The notes under the pieces were generated by a model that ran no database searches, had not been told where the DNA came from, and saw only the letters and a program-made list of their open reading frames with translations. A DNA stretch of 64,000 nt from Octopus sinensis (taxonomy: Eukaryota). The stretch lies in the NCBI RefSeq assembly GCF_006345805.1, contig NC_043000.1, positions 57,474,001 through 57,538,000 of the forward strand, written 5' to 3'. This document shows positions 36,388 through 49,275 of this stretch, piece after piece (position 1 is the first letter of the stretch; each line of letters starts with the position of its first letter). The translations under genes were made by a program, and so were the position numbers.

Positions 36388-37487
36388 GTAAGATATGCTG
36401 TCCTGGAGAGCATTGTTTTTGATTGTATTGCATGATCTTGTATTGTGAATTTGTTAGATATTGAAGTGGTTTAATCATCATTGCTCTTGGTGCAATGAAA
36501 TGGATGATATATTTTTAGTCCTTAACTTTTTAAATCTATATTAAAGCATATACAAAAGAGGTAAAAAAGACAAAAAGGATTTGAGACTTCTAATTTCAAG
36601 ATTTATGCTATTTTACTCATTGTTATCATATTTCTATTTAAATGCACTGTTTCTTTCAATTAATTGGGGAAAATGATGAAGAATACCAAAGTTTTAATTT
36701 AAATGAATTTAAAATAGGAAGTTTTTACCCTAGAATCAGGGATGGTCTTTAGTTGGAATTTGTATCAAAAGGATTAGTTTCCATTCTGGGTTTCTATTGC
36801 AATGAGTTGTGCAAAAGTCAGTTGCTCAGCACACCTATGTAATCAGGTCTTTAGATCTAAGCAGCAGCAAGATTAATGCATGCATTCCAATTTTTTTTCC
36901 TGCCATCGTTTATGTTAAATAAAATTTCTGATTTGTTTGGTAAGTTGTGTACAAAATTGTTCAAATGCTGCTCATTTGGTTCTTTAATCCTTTCGCCTGA
37001 TTAATGTACATTACCCTTAGGCTTACATTGTCATCAATGGAGCTAAGGTGGCTATATCAAAGGTTGATCAGTAAATGAAAACAAAAATATGCTAATTGGT
37101 GCCATGTAGCATGAATAAAGTGTTAGGTTTTCTGTGTAGCCTAAGTATAGGCTTTTCTTTTTTAAGACAGAAATATGCAATTTTTATAAAAGACAAATAA
37201 GCTATTTCTCATGGCGTTTCATGTAATGTCAAAATGTTAAGAAAAGAGCCAAATATTGTTACGCCTGTTTTTTCCTTTCTACAAAGTTAGTGATAAATTG
37301 GTCATGTTTATGATAACATGGGTTTAGAGATGGGCTGCTTGTTAGTTGGTGACGTTTGATTGTGGTAGTTGCTGTGCTGGAGCGATACATGCTATGTGAT
37401 AGTCATAAAAATACATAATTTACATCTTCATTTTAACATTTAAAAAAAAAATTGCCCTAATATTTTTGTTTTGAACTCTTTTCATAG

Positions 37488-37621
37488 GTTGAACGGTTCT
37501 ATCAGGAAATCCAAGTCTCTGAAGCACGTTCATTTTACGCATTCCAAATTGCTATTGAAAATATCCATTCTGAAATGTACAGTCTCCTTATTGATACATA
37601 CATTAAAGATTTTAAACAGAG
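37488..37621 (+). CDS. RRM2: RRM2 coding exon 4 (134 bp)
   Basis: tcatag|GTT ... AG|gtatgt; [41 protein letters not shown]. Confidence 0.97.
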
Positions 37622-38286
37622 GTATGTGTGTTATGCATTTCTCCATTTTATCTTGGAATTGCTTATCGCTTGCAAGGCGAATTTGGGTATTTATAGTTAG
37701 TGGCATGTATCACTACATTTACTAAAGTAGGAAGGACTTAAATTCTATTTTTCAAAAGGCATTTAAACAATTATGTAATAGTGTCACTTATATTGCAAAG
37801 CCCCTCCATTTTTGCACTTAGTCTAGTATTTTATTTTATTGAATTGCTGTGTCGGCATTACTATATTACAAGGCGTTTTTGCTTGATGTACTGATTTGTA
37901 GTTGGTTCTGCAGTTTTGTCAAATCTCGCTCATGCACTGGTCAGGTTGACTTTGAGGCTCCCAGTGAGATTGGTCCTGTGGCCATGTCATTGTTCAGCTA
38001 TATTTGACCACATAGTAAAGTCTGCATCCCAGTTGTTTTACTTGTTCATAGCAGATTTTATATAGAAATCTGCTCATTGTTTGAAATTATAGTAAAAATT
38101 ATCAACATATACTGACCTAACATGTTAATGTATGCATACAATATGTTACACTGCTCTTGTATGAGGTACACTAAGGAAATTATACAAAGTGGCCATTGCT
38201 GGTTTGCTTTGATCATAGGTTAGAGGCTAAATAACTATTTGTATGTTTTCGTGTCCAAGTATTTATACTTCAGTTTTGCCTTTCAG

Positions 38287-38512
38287 GGATTATTTGTTCA
38301 ATGCCATAGAGACAATGCCTTGCATTAAAAAGAAAGCCGATTGGGCTTTGAAATGGATTTCTGACAAGGTCCCATATTCAGAGCGTGTTGTTGCTTTTGC
38401 TGGGGTAGAAGGAATCTTTTTCTCTGGTTCTTTTGCTGCTATTTTCTGGTTAAAGAAACGTGGCATCATGCCTGGTTTGACATTCAGCAATGAATTAATT
38501 AGCAGAGATGAG
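38287..38512 (+). CDS. RRM2: RRM2 coding exon 5 (226 bp)
   Basis: tttcag|G ... GAG|gtaagt; [18 protein letters not shown]...[36 protein letters not shown]. Confidence 0.97.
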
Positions 38513-39293
38513 GTAAGTTTTATTTTGATTGCAAGATAATTCATCCTAAGATTATATTCTAGGCTAAATGATAATAGTAAGAATTTAGGGAAAATAAAAT
38601 TTCTAATATTTCTTCTTGTATCCTATTGAAAAAAAGCAAGTTACAGCTTAGTATTTAAATATTCTAACTGGCCAGATCCAGCCTCTTACACCCTACAATG
38701 TCATTGTAAAAATAAACAATCATGTGAGTCCATCATAACTATATCTTTTATAGTGAAAATATTAGTTTTTAAATTCGGTGATGCTGATAATGAATCCAAT
38801 CAGGGCAGTGGACTGCAGAATGTGCCTTTACATTCGACGTTTCCATGTGACATTTATGTATATAGGCATGCATATGATGCACACACACATTTGCATATAT
38901 TCTTACCCTTCAAACTGAATGTATACACATAGACTTAACACGTGCATCTGAGCCAGTTAGTTAATGAAGCATGCACACAAATCTTTTTGACACTTTGTAA
39001 TTTTATGTATATTAAATAACTTAATCTGACATGAATCCATGTAGAGGCCTGCTGGCAATCGCATCTCTTAAATTACTCCTATTGGACATATTGGATGTTC
39101 TTTACACTGAAATGACTTACATGAATATGTTTGACAGTTGTCAAGTCTGGATCAAATCATATCAATGTCTAGGCTAAGCAACATTCTGTCAAAGGGGGAT
39201 AATCCAATGCTAAAACGTAACATTACCAAGTGCTGTGTACAACTTAATCCAGCTGCCTAATAAACTTTTTTTCCCCTTTTATTCTGTTTTTAG

Positions 39294-39512
39294 GGTCTCC
39301 ACACAGACTTCGCTTGCCTTATGTTCAAACACTTAGCTAATCCACCATCACAAGAGAGAGTTTATGAGATCATCACTGATGCTGTTAAGATTGAGCAGGA
39401 ATTTCTTACCGAAGCACTTCCTTGTAATTTAATTGGTATGAACTGTGACTTAATGAAACGTTACATTGAATTTGTTGCAGACAGACTTCTTGTTGAACTC
39501 AATTGTCAGAAG
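39294..39512 (+). CDS. RRM2: RRM2 coding exon 6 (219 bp)
   Basis: ttttag|GGT ... AAG|gtaagc; [11 protein letters not shown]...[13 protein letters not shown]. Confidence 0.97.
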
Positions 39513-40038
39513 GTAAGCTTTTTTTTTATAAAAAAAATTTTTTTTTTTTTTTATAGTTGAACATCAGTGGTTGGAGTGAAACAGGTTTTCTATCATAACT
39601 AGAACATTCCATCTTCTTAGCCCTTTCGTTACCAGCCTGGCTGAAACTGGCTCCGAGTACAAATGTGTCATAAATTTTGAATTAAATTCTTCCACCAAAC
39701 CTTAGTCACAATTTATGTTCCTAACACTAGCTTAATGATTACTATGTTATTTTACTAAATTCTTTCTTATATTTAAAGTAATTGAAAGAAACACAGTATC
39801 TCAAAATAAATACAGTAATGAATGGGTTAACTGGGTCTTATCAAAATTTTTAATTTTATTTTCATGTAATAAAACTTGTATTTGATTATGGATGGTTATT
39901 GCAAGAGCAAGTAGGGTGATGTAGTAGATCAAGAATCAGCTCTAAGGTTAAGATTTTACCAAAAGTGGTTAATGTGTTTATATTTTATGAGAAAAAACCT
40001 GTGCACAATTTTAATGTGGGATTTACATTTCTTTGCAG

Positions 40039-40188
40039 ATTTACAACTCTGAGAATCCATTCGATTTCATGGAACACATCTCATTGGAGGGAAAGACTAA
40101 TTTCTTTGAGAAGAGAGTTGGTGAATACCAAAAAATGGGCGTCATGTCTGGATCGAACCACACATTCACACTTGATGCTGAGTTCTGA
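40039..40188 (+). CDS. RRM2: RRM2 terminal coding exon (150 bp including TGA)
   Basis: ttgcag|ATT; [32 protein letters not shown]...FTLDAEF*. Confidence 0.97.
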   Translation: MYNSENPFDFMEHISLEGKTNFFEKRVGEYQKMGVMSGSNHTFTLDAEF

Positions 40189-40261
40189 AATATCTGGACC
40201 TTTTCTAATTTATTTTTCAATAGTGTACATAAACTGAAAGATTTACTTGTGAAATAATGTA

Positions 40262-40267
40262 AATAAA
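40262..40267 (+). terminator. Candidate RRM2 polyadenylation signal AATAAA
   Basis: AATAAA 73 nt after the stop, T-rich sequence downstream. Confidence 0.55.
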
Positions 40268-41828
40268 AAAAAATTGTAAAAAGAGTTATCTTTCTTCAAA
40301 TGCTTTTTTTTCTTCTTTTAATTATTATTTCTAGGGCTGATACTCATGATGCTAATATACATAACTGGAAAACTGCTAGCTCTTTGCAACACCTCCCTCA
40401 ATCTTCCTGTTAAAATTCACTGCCTTTGTTTCAATTCATACCGAAAATGATTCTAGTAAAATTTTATCATTAAGCTGGTGTTGGGGACATAATTTAATGA
40501 AGAACTAGTGGATCTGTATAAATTCCAAAAGTTTAAGAGGACCTATTTAAGAAAGGATGATTTGCATTTTTATAGAATTGTCATTCATTTCCTTGCATTT
40601 CTGTTGGTGTTTTTTTTTTTATATCTTATCACTGTTCCCCTCTGATCCATGCTCTATATCTGTACATCTTTTCTCAGGTAGCTTGCAACTGTGAATTTTC
40701 AATACCAACACATCACCACTGTCTCAATATAACTGCTTCCCCTGTCCAACTCTCAATCTACCTTTACTTTCAGTTAGCTTTTTAACCATGTAAGTATTCC
40801 TTCCCCACTACACATTAAACATTTTTCTCGTTCTTTACCTCTTCCTTTAGACTTCCTCTCTTCTTCACTCCTCTTTTAGTTCTCTAACTAATGTATAATG
40901 GGCAAATGAACAAGCAGATTATTATAGATTTTCATAAAGTTTTAACATTTTAAATCCTGAAGTTTCTATCATAAAACCAAGGGCAATGTTGGGCAGGTTG
41001 TGAAACTAGAATTTGTAGCAACTGGTGAACAGAATATTCTTTGATTGGAGCTGAGTGAGCCAAGTAAAGGAAGAGTTGTGGTCTCTCAACTGTCTAGATA
41101 TAGCAACCAAATTTCTCATAGCATCTTTGACACAGTTACACTGTGATCATAAGATCTGATAGAAAATCGCCTAAATATTTTAAATACACTGCCTTTGCTT
41201 CAATTTTTCAAAAGGAATTCAGTAAAATGATTGTCATTGTTCGACTGGTGTTTGGAATAAACTAGTACAAAATTTTGTAATGTAGGTGTACATGTGTGAC
41301 ATAGCTAGATGTATTGAGAAAAGTGTAAGAGTAGAAAATATGAAAGAGATAAGACAGTGCATTGATGCCAACAGTTCTATAAAGTGCCATTGACTCAGTG
41401 GCAAGAGCTCATGGAAGGAGACAGGAAAACAGATGAAGGATGACCTCAGAATGCTGAACCTTTCCAAAGGACTCAGATGGATCTCTGGTGTAGAGGACTG
41501 GCTTGCTAGAGTCTTGTGCTACATCAGACAGTTGAACTGGTGTCACATAAGTGCCTGTGCCAGTGATGTTCAAAGCACACAGGAGTGGTTGCTGTTAGGA
41601 AGGGCATCTAAACCAAATCAGGCTGGAGTTGGTACAGCTCTCTGGCTTGCCAGCATTGAAAATGGATGTGAAAGGATGAAGTTTGTACTAGAATCAGGTT
41701 ATAACTACTGTAATCTTAAAATTTGGTAGTAGACTGAAATTCCTATAAAGAAAAAAATCAGCAAAATTGTGAACAAACCAAGACATTAAATTTGTTTTAT
41801 TTCAGAAGATACTAAAATGTTTTAAATA

Positions 41829-41834
41829 TTTATT
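41829..41834 (-). terminator. Candidate RMC1 polyadenylation signal (second copy at 41796-41801)
   Basis: tttatt on plus = AATAAA on minus, ~215 nt after the stop. Confidence 0.45.
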
Positions 41835-42049
41835 TCACTGTACATTTTTCAATTATGTCTGTTCTTGGCAGGTTTCAAACTTAGAAAGGATAACTTCAAA
41901 AAGTGAATACCTTGTATCCAGTAGATAAGATGACAAAAGAGAATTAATAGATGAAGATTGATATCCAAATCTAATAAACCATGCCTAGTTTCTTTTTAGA
42001 TGGGTAAAAGACTTAAATTTTTTTTAAAGACATTACTTCTGACTGGAAG

Positions 42050-42129
42050 TTAACTGGACTGGACATCACCCAAAGCTTCTGTACCAAATAATGACTCAAA
42101 ATGATGGACATAATGCTCACAATGTTCTC
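42050..42129 (-). CDS. RMC1: RMC1 terminal coding exon (80 bp including TAA)
   Basis: tttcag|GAGAAC; (G)EHCEHYVHHFESLFGTEALGDVQSS*. Confidence 0.92.
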
Positions 42130-43289
42130 CTGAAACAAAAAAGAGAAGCTTTTAAATGATTTTGATTACAATGATTGTAGGTAAAAAGTAAACTACTTTT
42201 CTCCCAAAATTATCAATAGTAAATATTAAGCAGGCTGCAGTACAAAATGACCTTCATTGTTGAAAAAAAGGAAAAACATTTAAATCTGGGAAGTTTAGCA
42301 ATTACTGTATGGAGCTGTGGTGTAGGTTACTAGTGTGAAAATCCTGTTTTAGAACTAATGTTTCTAAGTTTAAATATTGGTTTTACATTTTGGCACAAGG
42401 CCAGAAATTTCAGTGAAGGGTTTAGCTGATTACATCAACCCCAGTGCTCAACTGGAACTTATTTTATCGACCCCTGATGGAATTTAAACCCAGAATGTAA
42501 TGGCAGACAAAATGGTGCTAAGCATTTCGCCCAGTGTGCTAATATTTCTACCAGATAGCTGTCCTACTGAGTTTAAATATTACAAGAGCCAGTGTGTTGA
42601 GAGAAGCTCCATTGTTATATTACATAGTTTATGGCAGGAAAAAAATTTGGTAAATGGAAACTGCAGAAACTTGTCATGTAGATATAAAAGATTTTAAATG
42701 ACAGTAAACTGAAAATATTCTCAAAGCAAAGGTAAATTCTTTCAGTTATCACAGATTTTATACTTCAGTTTTATTCCAATTGCTTTTAAATTTGGCATAC
42801 AGGTTTGGTTTTGTATACTAATTATGAAAAAGAAATACCTGTTTGCCACAAATTAAATTTATTGCTTTTAAAGTGTGCAAATTTTGGGTAATTTTAGCCA
42901 ATCAAAAATCATTATACATGACTAAATTTCACATTAATGTCTGTTTCCATAGCAACAAGCAAAGCTGAAGCTACTGATTTCATTGTAACAAAAATGCTGT
43001 ACTTGCATGATGACTAAAAAACTTTTTCACTTAATATTAAAATTTCCAACTTTAAGCACAGCTAGAAAAGATATGCTAAGTCTTTCTCGGTATCTATTCT
43101 AAGTTACAAACAATCCCTTTTTTCATTCACCAGTGTTGCAGTGTACCAATGATTACTAAGCTCTAATCAATGACAACTGTTCAACTACGATTTAAAACAA
43201 ATGCCTAAAATACTAAGAAATGTTAAAGTTAGGCTTGAATGTTAATCAGAATATTATCGTAAATTGTTCATTGACTTTTTGCTACATAC

Positions 43290-43444
43290 CTGATGGGAAT
43301 TTTGGTGAACCTCGAAGGCGAATATTTCGCTGCTCAAAGAATTTGAACACTGTATAAAAAAGCATTTGGTCATCGCAGTTGAGAGCAGCTTCAAGGAATT
43401 TGCGAGCAGACACTGTATCAATAATAGCAATACTGCGAATGAAT
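43290..43444 (-). CDS. RMC1: RMC1 exon (155 bp, phase 2/1)
   Basis: ttatag|ATTC ... TCAG|gtatgt; FIRSIAIIDTVSARKFLEAALNCDDQMLFYTVFKFFEQRNIRLRGSPKFPS. Confidence 0.95.
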
Positions 43445-43534
43445 CTATAAAAGAAAATATAATCCATCAGAAGTAACCTAGTAATGATTGAGGCAGCCTT
43501 TAAAAGTCTAATTGGAAGGAATATTTTTTAAACC

Positions 43535-43786
43535 CAAGTATTTGTTCTATCTCTTGTTGAACTGCTAAGTTATAGGAATGTAAACACACCAACATTGGTT
43601 GTCAAGCAGTGGTAGGGAACAGACAAACACACACACACATATGTGACAGGCTTCTTTCAGTTTGTCTACCAAATCCACTCACAAAGCTATAATAGAAGAC
43701 ACTTGCCCAACAAGCCATGCAGTGGGATTGAAACCGGAAATGTGGTTGGGAAGCAAGTGTCTTACCACATAGCCATGCTGGCGCCT
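43535..43786 (-). mobile_element. tRNA-derived SINE (main family), decayed
   Basis: Reverse complement of the 48201 family, CpGs mostly converted. Confidence 0.8.
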
Positions 43787-44559
43787 AAATCTAAATATTG
43801 TACAAACATTTTTCATATTAAAAGATCAAGTCAATCGTCTGAAAAATTATAAACTTATTCCACACAAGCCATTAGTGCCTCTCTTATGAAATAACAGTGA
43901 TTTACAAACAGACCAAGCCACACATTTTGGAAGAGTGAATTGATTTAATCAGCTTAGTAGAAGTAATGATGATAAATTCTAAATTTAATCCAAAACCACA
44001 ATATTTTGCAAAAGTGTAAACTTTTTAAGTCAAGTGAGACCATAGTTGTGGCTGGTGTCAGGTCAATGGTACATAAAAAACACCTACTACACTCTTGGAA
44101 TTGTTGGTGTTAGGAAGGGCATTCAGCTGCAGAAACCTTGCCAAATCAGATCAGAACCTGGTGCAGCTCCCTGGCTTACCAGTTTTCAGTCAAACTGTCC
44201 AACCCATGCCAGCATGGAAAACGGACATTAAACGATTATTATTATTTATTATCATCATCATCATTAAGGCAGTCAGCTGGCTAAATCATTAGCATGCTGG
44301 ACAAAGTGCTTTGCAGTATTTCCCCATCCTTACTCTGGCTACTCATTGATTTCCCCATCAATTTAACCTAAAATTCTCTTCTCAAACAATTCCATTATAA
44401 CTTGTAGTGATAGTACTCTGATGTTTGGTGTATTGAGTAATATATCACAAGATTTGATTTTATCCACTCAAATTCTTCATGGATGGTGGACTGATAGAGC
44501 TGGTGAAGTGCTGAGTACAATTTGCACAATTGCATGAACTAAAAGTTGGATAAACTACC

Positions 44560-45762
44560 TGCATCAACTTGCTATAAAAGCAGGTAGTAATTTTACCTTG
44601 TACTTATTCATAGTGCAAGTTTTGAAGAGTGCAGTTCGATTTTAACAGTTATTTTTTCAAAGCTATAATGGAAATGACAAAGGAGAATATTCAGCATATT
44701 TTGATTTACAAGTTCAATAAAGGCAACAATGCAACGGAAAATGTGAGGAATATTAATGCAGTATATGGGGATCAGACAATAAATGTAAACCAGTGTCAAC
44801 AGCGGTTCCAGAAATTCTGGGTCAGAAACTACAGCCTAGAAGATCAGCCTCGTCCTGGAAGATCTGTAGAGCTTGACAAGGATGTCCTTCAAAACCTGGT
44901 GGAATAAAATCCCATCATAACTGTTGAGGAACTAGCAGAGAAGCTTGGATTTGGTCATTCAACCATTCATCGACACCTGCGTGCCATCGGAAAAGTCAGC
45001 AAATTGGGTCAGTGGATTCTTCACAAACTTTCCAAATCTAATCATATGTAGAGAGTGAATGTGTGCTCTTCTTTGTTGTTATGTCTCATGAATGAACCTG
45101 AATAGTGACTGGTGATGAGAAATGGGTTCTCTATAAAAATGTCAAGCACCAAAAACAGTGGGTAGGGAAAGGAGAAACACTGGCACCCCAGGCTAAAGAA
45201 GGTCTTCACCCACATAAGGTGTTGTTATCTGTTTGGAGGGATATGAAAAGTTTAGTCTACTTTGAACTTTTTAACCAAAACCAAATGATAACAAAGGAGA
45301 TCTACTGCGAGCACCTTGAGTGGCTTAAGTCAGTGCTAGAAGAAAAACAACCATCTTTGGTTTCCAGACGGAAAGTGTTCTTCCATCAGGATAATGTTCA
45401 GCCACATACAACAAAGATGACATTCCAAAGGCTGGAGCAGTTTGAATGGGAAATGATGCCCCACCCACCATATTCACTGGACATTGCCCTATCTGATTAT
45501 CGTTTATCGCACAGACTTCAAAATCATTTGGATGGAAAAAATATGAATTCTGTAGATGAAGTCAGAACAGTACTGGAGGAATATGTATTTTTTGTCATGG
45601 ACAAGGGAGTTTTGGAAGAGGGGCCTTGCAAGTCTACCAGATAGATGAAGAGCATTGTAGAAAATGGAGAGTATATTTTAGATTAAATAAGGACTTTGTT
45701 TATCTTAATTTTGAAAAATAAATGAAGTGTAAAAAAAACGCATTATTTATGGGATGACCCAA
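44560..45762 (+). mobile_element. Mariner (Hsmar/SETMAR-like) transposase relic
   Basis: ORF pieces 44629-44907 and 45105-45644 with TGDEKWVLY, HQDNVQPH, PHPPYSLDIALSDY; right TIR ...ttatgggatgacccaa|ta; left TIR not recognisable. Confidence 0.92.
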
Positions 45763-46425
45763 TATATATATATTTGTAATTGTGGTGACTCAGTTATGTA
45801 TCAGCCTGTATGTTTTTAACCATATTTATGCACCAAGTATTATAGGGATTATTTGTTTTCAGGTTCCACATTTAGGTTATATCTATTTCCAGACATTTGT
45901 ATTTTGAGAGTTTCTTTATTTCTTTTAGAGATATGTTGTCATCTGTTGGGATTAATATGTCAATTAGAAGGCATATTTTTCTTGGATGCCCCTGACAACA
46001 ATATCTGTCCTATTAGCCTTGATTTCTCTATCTGTGTGTATTGGTATATCCCAATACTGGTGTACCTTTATCAGACAGGTCGTCAAGATGGGTTTGCTGG
46101 GCTTCGTATATTTTACTCCAGTGTCACTTTGATGGCATGCACTGCTCTCTCACTCAATAATAATATGTCACACATGTGGAGGAAGGGAGCAGTAAATTAT
46201 ATTGGTCCCAGTATTTGTCTAACATAGGATGAAAGGCAAATTTGGCTTTTGTGAGATTTAAACTCAGAATATAAAGAGTTGTAACTAATTATCGCAAAGC
46301 AGTTTGTTCAATGCTCTAATAATTCTAACAACCCAACGATATATTAGCATGAAAATAGGAATTTTTAGAGAAGGATCAACTGATTCCACTACAGAAAAAT
46401 ATTCCCAGTTATCCTCATAGCTTAC

Positions 46426-46496
46426 CTAAGAGCTGGCAGCAATTGTTGTTTCGAAAGCAGAACTTCAATGATTTCTTCATTAGCTGTAGATAATCT
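46426..46496 (-). CDS. RMC1: RMC1 exon (71 bp, phase 0/2)
   Basis: tttcag|AGA ... TAG|gtaagc; RLSTANEEIIEVLLSKQQLLPAL. Confidence 0.93.
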
Positions 46497-46636
46497 CTGA
46501 AAGAAACAAACAAAAGAAGTTATTTGACTCTCAATTTCTTTATTATTATTGCACTAATTTCTGTCTGCAGAATACATAACAAAACAACACAGATTTGTTT
46601 ACACTCGTCTGATGTCACAGTGTCAGTTACAAAGAC

Positions 46637-46824
46637 ATGTAAGTTTATCTTACTCTTTACTCTTTTACTTGTTTCAGTCATTTGACTGCAACTATGTTGG
46701 AGCACTGCCTTTAGTCGAGCAAATCAACCCCAGAACTTATTCTTTGTAAGTCTAGTACTTATTCTATTGGTCTCTTTCACCGAACTGCTAAGCGATGCTG
46801 GGGGGGACAAACACAGACACACAA

Positions 46825-46874
<50 letters not shown>

Positions 46875-46875
46875 G

Positions 46876-46906
<31 letters not shown>

Positions 46907-46920
46907 CATATATACGATGG
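46637..46920 (-). mobile_element. tRNA-derived SINE (main family), 3' part
   Basis: tactcttttacttgtttcagtcatttgactgc...ccgaactgctaag. Confidence 0.82.
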
Positions 46921-48112
46921 GCTTGTTTCAGTTTCTTTGTAAGACAAAGATTCTTTTAGAGGGGAGGGGGCATTGGAGGTGATGAAAGGTTAGAGTCTGA
47001 GAGAGACAAAAACAGATGTCTTGCTGTAGAGGAGATGCATAGTTACCTGGTCAGAGTGAGCTATTAAAACCGAGGAGAGAAATGGGTGTGTTGTTGTAAA
47101 GGAGATATATGGTTACCCAGTCAGAAGGAGAGAGCAATACAAAGAGCGAGAGAGATAGTGGTGAAGTGCCAGGGCATACTCACAAGGAATGGGGTTCAGA
47201 ATATAAATGGGATGGTAGCATAGAGCTACCATCCCATTTATATATATATATATTTATGAAAATCATATATATTGAAATCATAGTTGTGGCAGATACTGGT
47301 GTCATGCAACTAGCACCTGTGCTGATGGCATGTAAAAGCACTCATTACGCTCTCAAAGTGGTTGGTGTTTGGAAGGGCATCCAGCCATAGAAACCATGCC
47401 AAATCAGACTGAAGTCTGGTGCAGCCCCTCAGCTTATCAGCCCAGGTCGAACCATCCAACCAATTCCAGCATGGACAACGGACATTAAATGATAATGATG
47501 ATGAAAAATAAGACATGCAGGTTATACCATTTTTTCTCTACATATGTTTCACCATTGTGGCTATTTATATTTTATATTTTCTGCATTAGGTGTTAATAGT
47601 GCATTTGGATGCAGATATACAACAGTTCTTCAAGGGAACAGTATATTGCACTATGTTAACATAAAACAAAGGCTTATAGCAAGATAGAGGGCAGTGCACA
47701 CATTGAGAAATACAAAACACGTCTTAAAATGCACGCATAACTTACTTTTATCTTTTTACATATTTCAATTCACGATTACATCACTGTACATAAATCCCCT
47801 CACTAAATAAGGTTTTTGAACCTTGTCTCTGTCTGTACACATTTATTCCCCTCCCATTACCGAAAGCTGAACAGTTATCACCCTTACCCACAACAATTAA
47901 ATAATAACGGCAACCAATTACCTCCCTTTATTTATCTACTTGTGAAGTCATTCACAAGTGAATTTCAGCACACAATACATGAACAAAATTTCTTCTTAAG
48001 AAAAAATATATATTCAAATAAGTAAAACATGATATCATGAAAAGCGATAGCTAAACGGGTCGATATATTAAAACTATGTAAGTGTGCGTATTTTCCTTTT
48101 TTAATTTCTTAC

Positions 48113-48200
<88 letters not shown>

Positions 48201-48203
<3 letters not shown>

Positions 48204-48578
48204 CGCAGGAGTGGCTGTGTGGTAAGTAGCTTGCTTACCAACCACATGGTTCGGGTTCAGTCCCACTGCGTGGCATCTTGGGCAAGTGTCTTCTACTATA
48301 GCATTGGGCCGACCAAAGCCTTGTGAGTGGATTTGGTAGACAGAAACTGAAAGAAGCCCGTCGTATATATGTATATATATGTGTGTGTATGTTTGTGTGT
48401 CTGTGTTTGTCCCCCTAGCATTGCTTGACAACCGATGCTGGTGTGTTTACGTCGCCGTCACTTAGCGGTTCGGCAAAATAGACCGACAGAATAAGTACTG
48501 GGCTTACAAAGAATAAGTCTCGGGGTCGATATGCTCCAGCATGGCCGCAGTCAAATGACCGAAACAAGTAAAAGAGTA
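48201..48578 (+). mobile_element. tRNA-derived SINE (main family), young copy
   Basis: aggcgcaggagtggctgtgtggt (A box) ... gggttcagtccc (B box), internal TA/TG tract, tail gaaacaagtaaaagag; abuts (TA)n. Confidence 0.9.
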
Positions 48579-49206
48579 TATATACATCATCACCATCATC
48601 ATTAAATCTCAATATTTCATGTTGACGGTTTGACAAGATCCAATGAACTATGTCTGGTCTCAGTGTCTGCTTTGGAATGGTTTCTATGGCTGGATGTCAT
48701 CCATTTTACCATGTGTAATGGGTGTTTATTTTTGTAACACTTGCACTAATGAGTTTGCCAAGCAAATTGCAAGAGAAAGAAAACAAAGGAAAAGAAACAG
48801 CCCCCTCAACTGAGTGGAGTGTATTTAGGAAAAAGGGAGGTGGCTTTATGCCAGGTATTGAAGGCTAAAGTATGATATAGTGACAAGTAGAAGTGTTTTG
48901 CTATAGAGGAGATACATGGCTAATCCACATTATAAAGGGGGGGGGTGAGAGTAGCTGAAGAGAGATAAAGATGGTGGTGACAGGGTGCCACTTTCAAGGT
49001 ACATGAAGGTAAGTATAAGGGAGTATAGAGGCAGTGAATCAAGAAGAAAGGAAAGAGTGGGTAATTTCATAACGGTGTGAAAGGAGAATGACAAATGATT
49101 AGAGATGACGCTAAAGCTGGATATAGTGAATGCAGCAATACTTATACACATGTGTGTGTAGACACATCAAAGAAAATGTGAATGAATATCCAGTCAGAAT
49201 TCTTAC

Positions 49207-49275
49207 CTTCATCATATCTAGCGCCAACTGGTGAGCCGGAGTATAAACACTTTCAAGTGACAGCATTAGACAAGC
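49207..49275 (-). CDS. RMC1: RMC1 exon (69 bp, phase 0/0)
   Basis: tttcag|GCT ... AAG|gtaaga; ACLMLSLESVYTPAHQLALDMMK. Confidence 0.93.

Larger units (their letters stand above)
27954..40188 (+). other. RRM2: Ribonucleotide reductase small subunit gene, 7 coding exons, ~368 aa
   Basis: All di-iron ligands (ASD, IENIH, VEG, RDEGLH), radical tyrosine (HSEMY) and C-terminal FTLDAEF; phases consistent across all introns. Confidence 0.96.

Noticed and set aside
36139-36435. RRM2 as a viral or horizontally acquired R2 starting at the 36139 ATG
   Set aside because: Gene has six spliceosomal introns and in-frame upstream exons; ordinary nuclear gene
38290-38544. Minus-strand ORF overlapping RRM2 exon 5 (similarly 119-373, 2760-2948, 3234-3494 over the LINE)
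   Set aside because: Shadow ORFs of real coding sequence
40317-40323. CPE-like TTTTAAT in the RRM2 3' region (maternal mRNA masking)
   Set aside because: Lies downstream of the first AATAAA and such motifs are ubiquitous at this AT content
48201-48290. tRNA-like A/B boxes
   Set aside because: Head of a SINE; no cloverleaf or acceptor stem, continues into the repeat body
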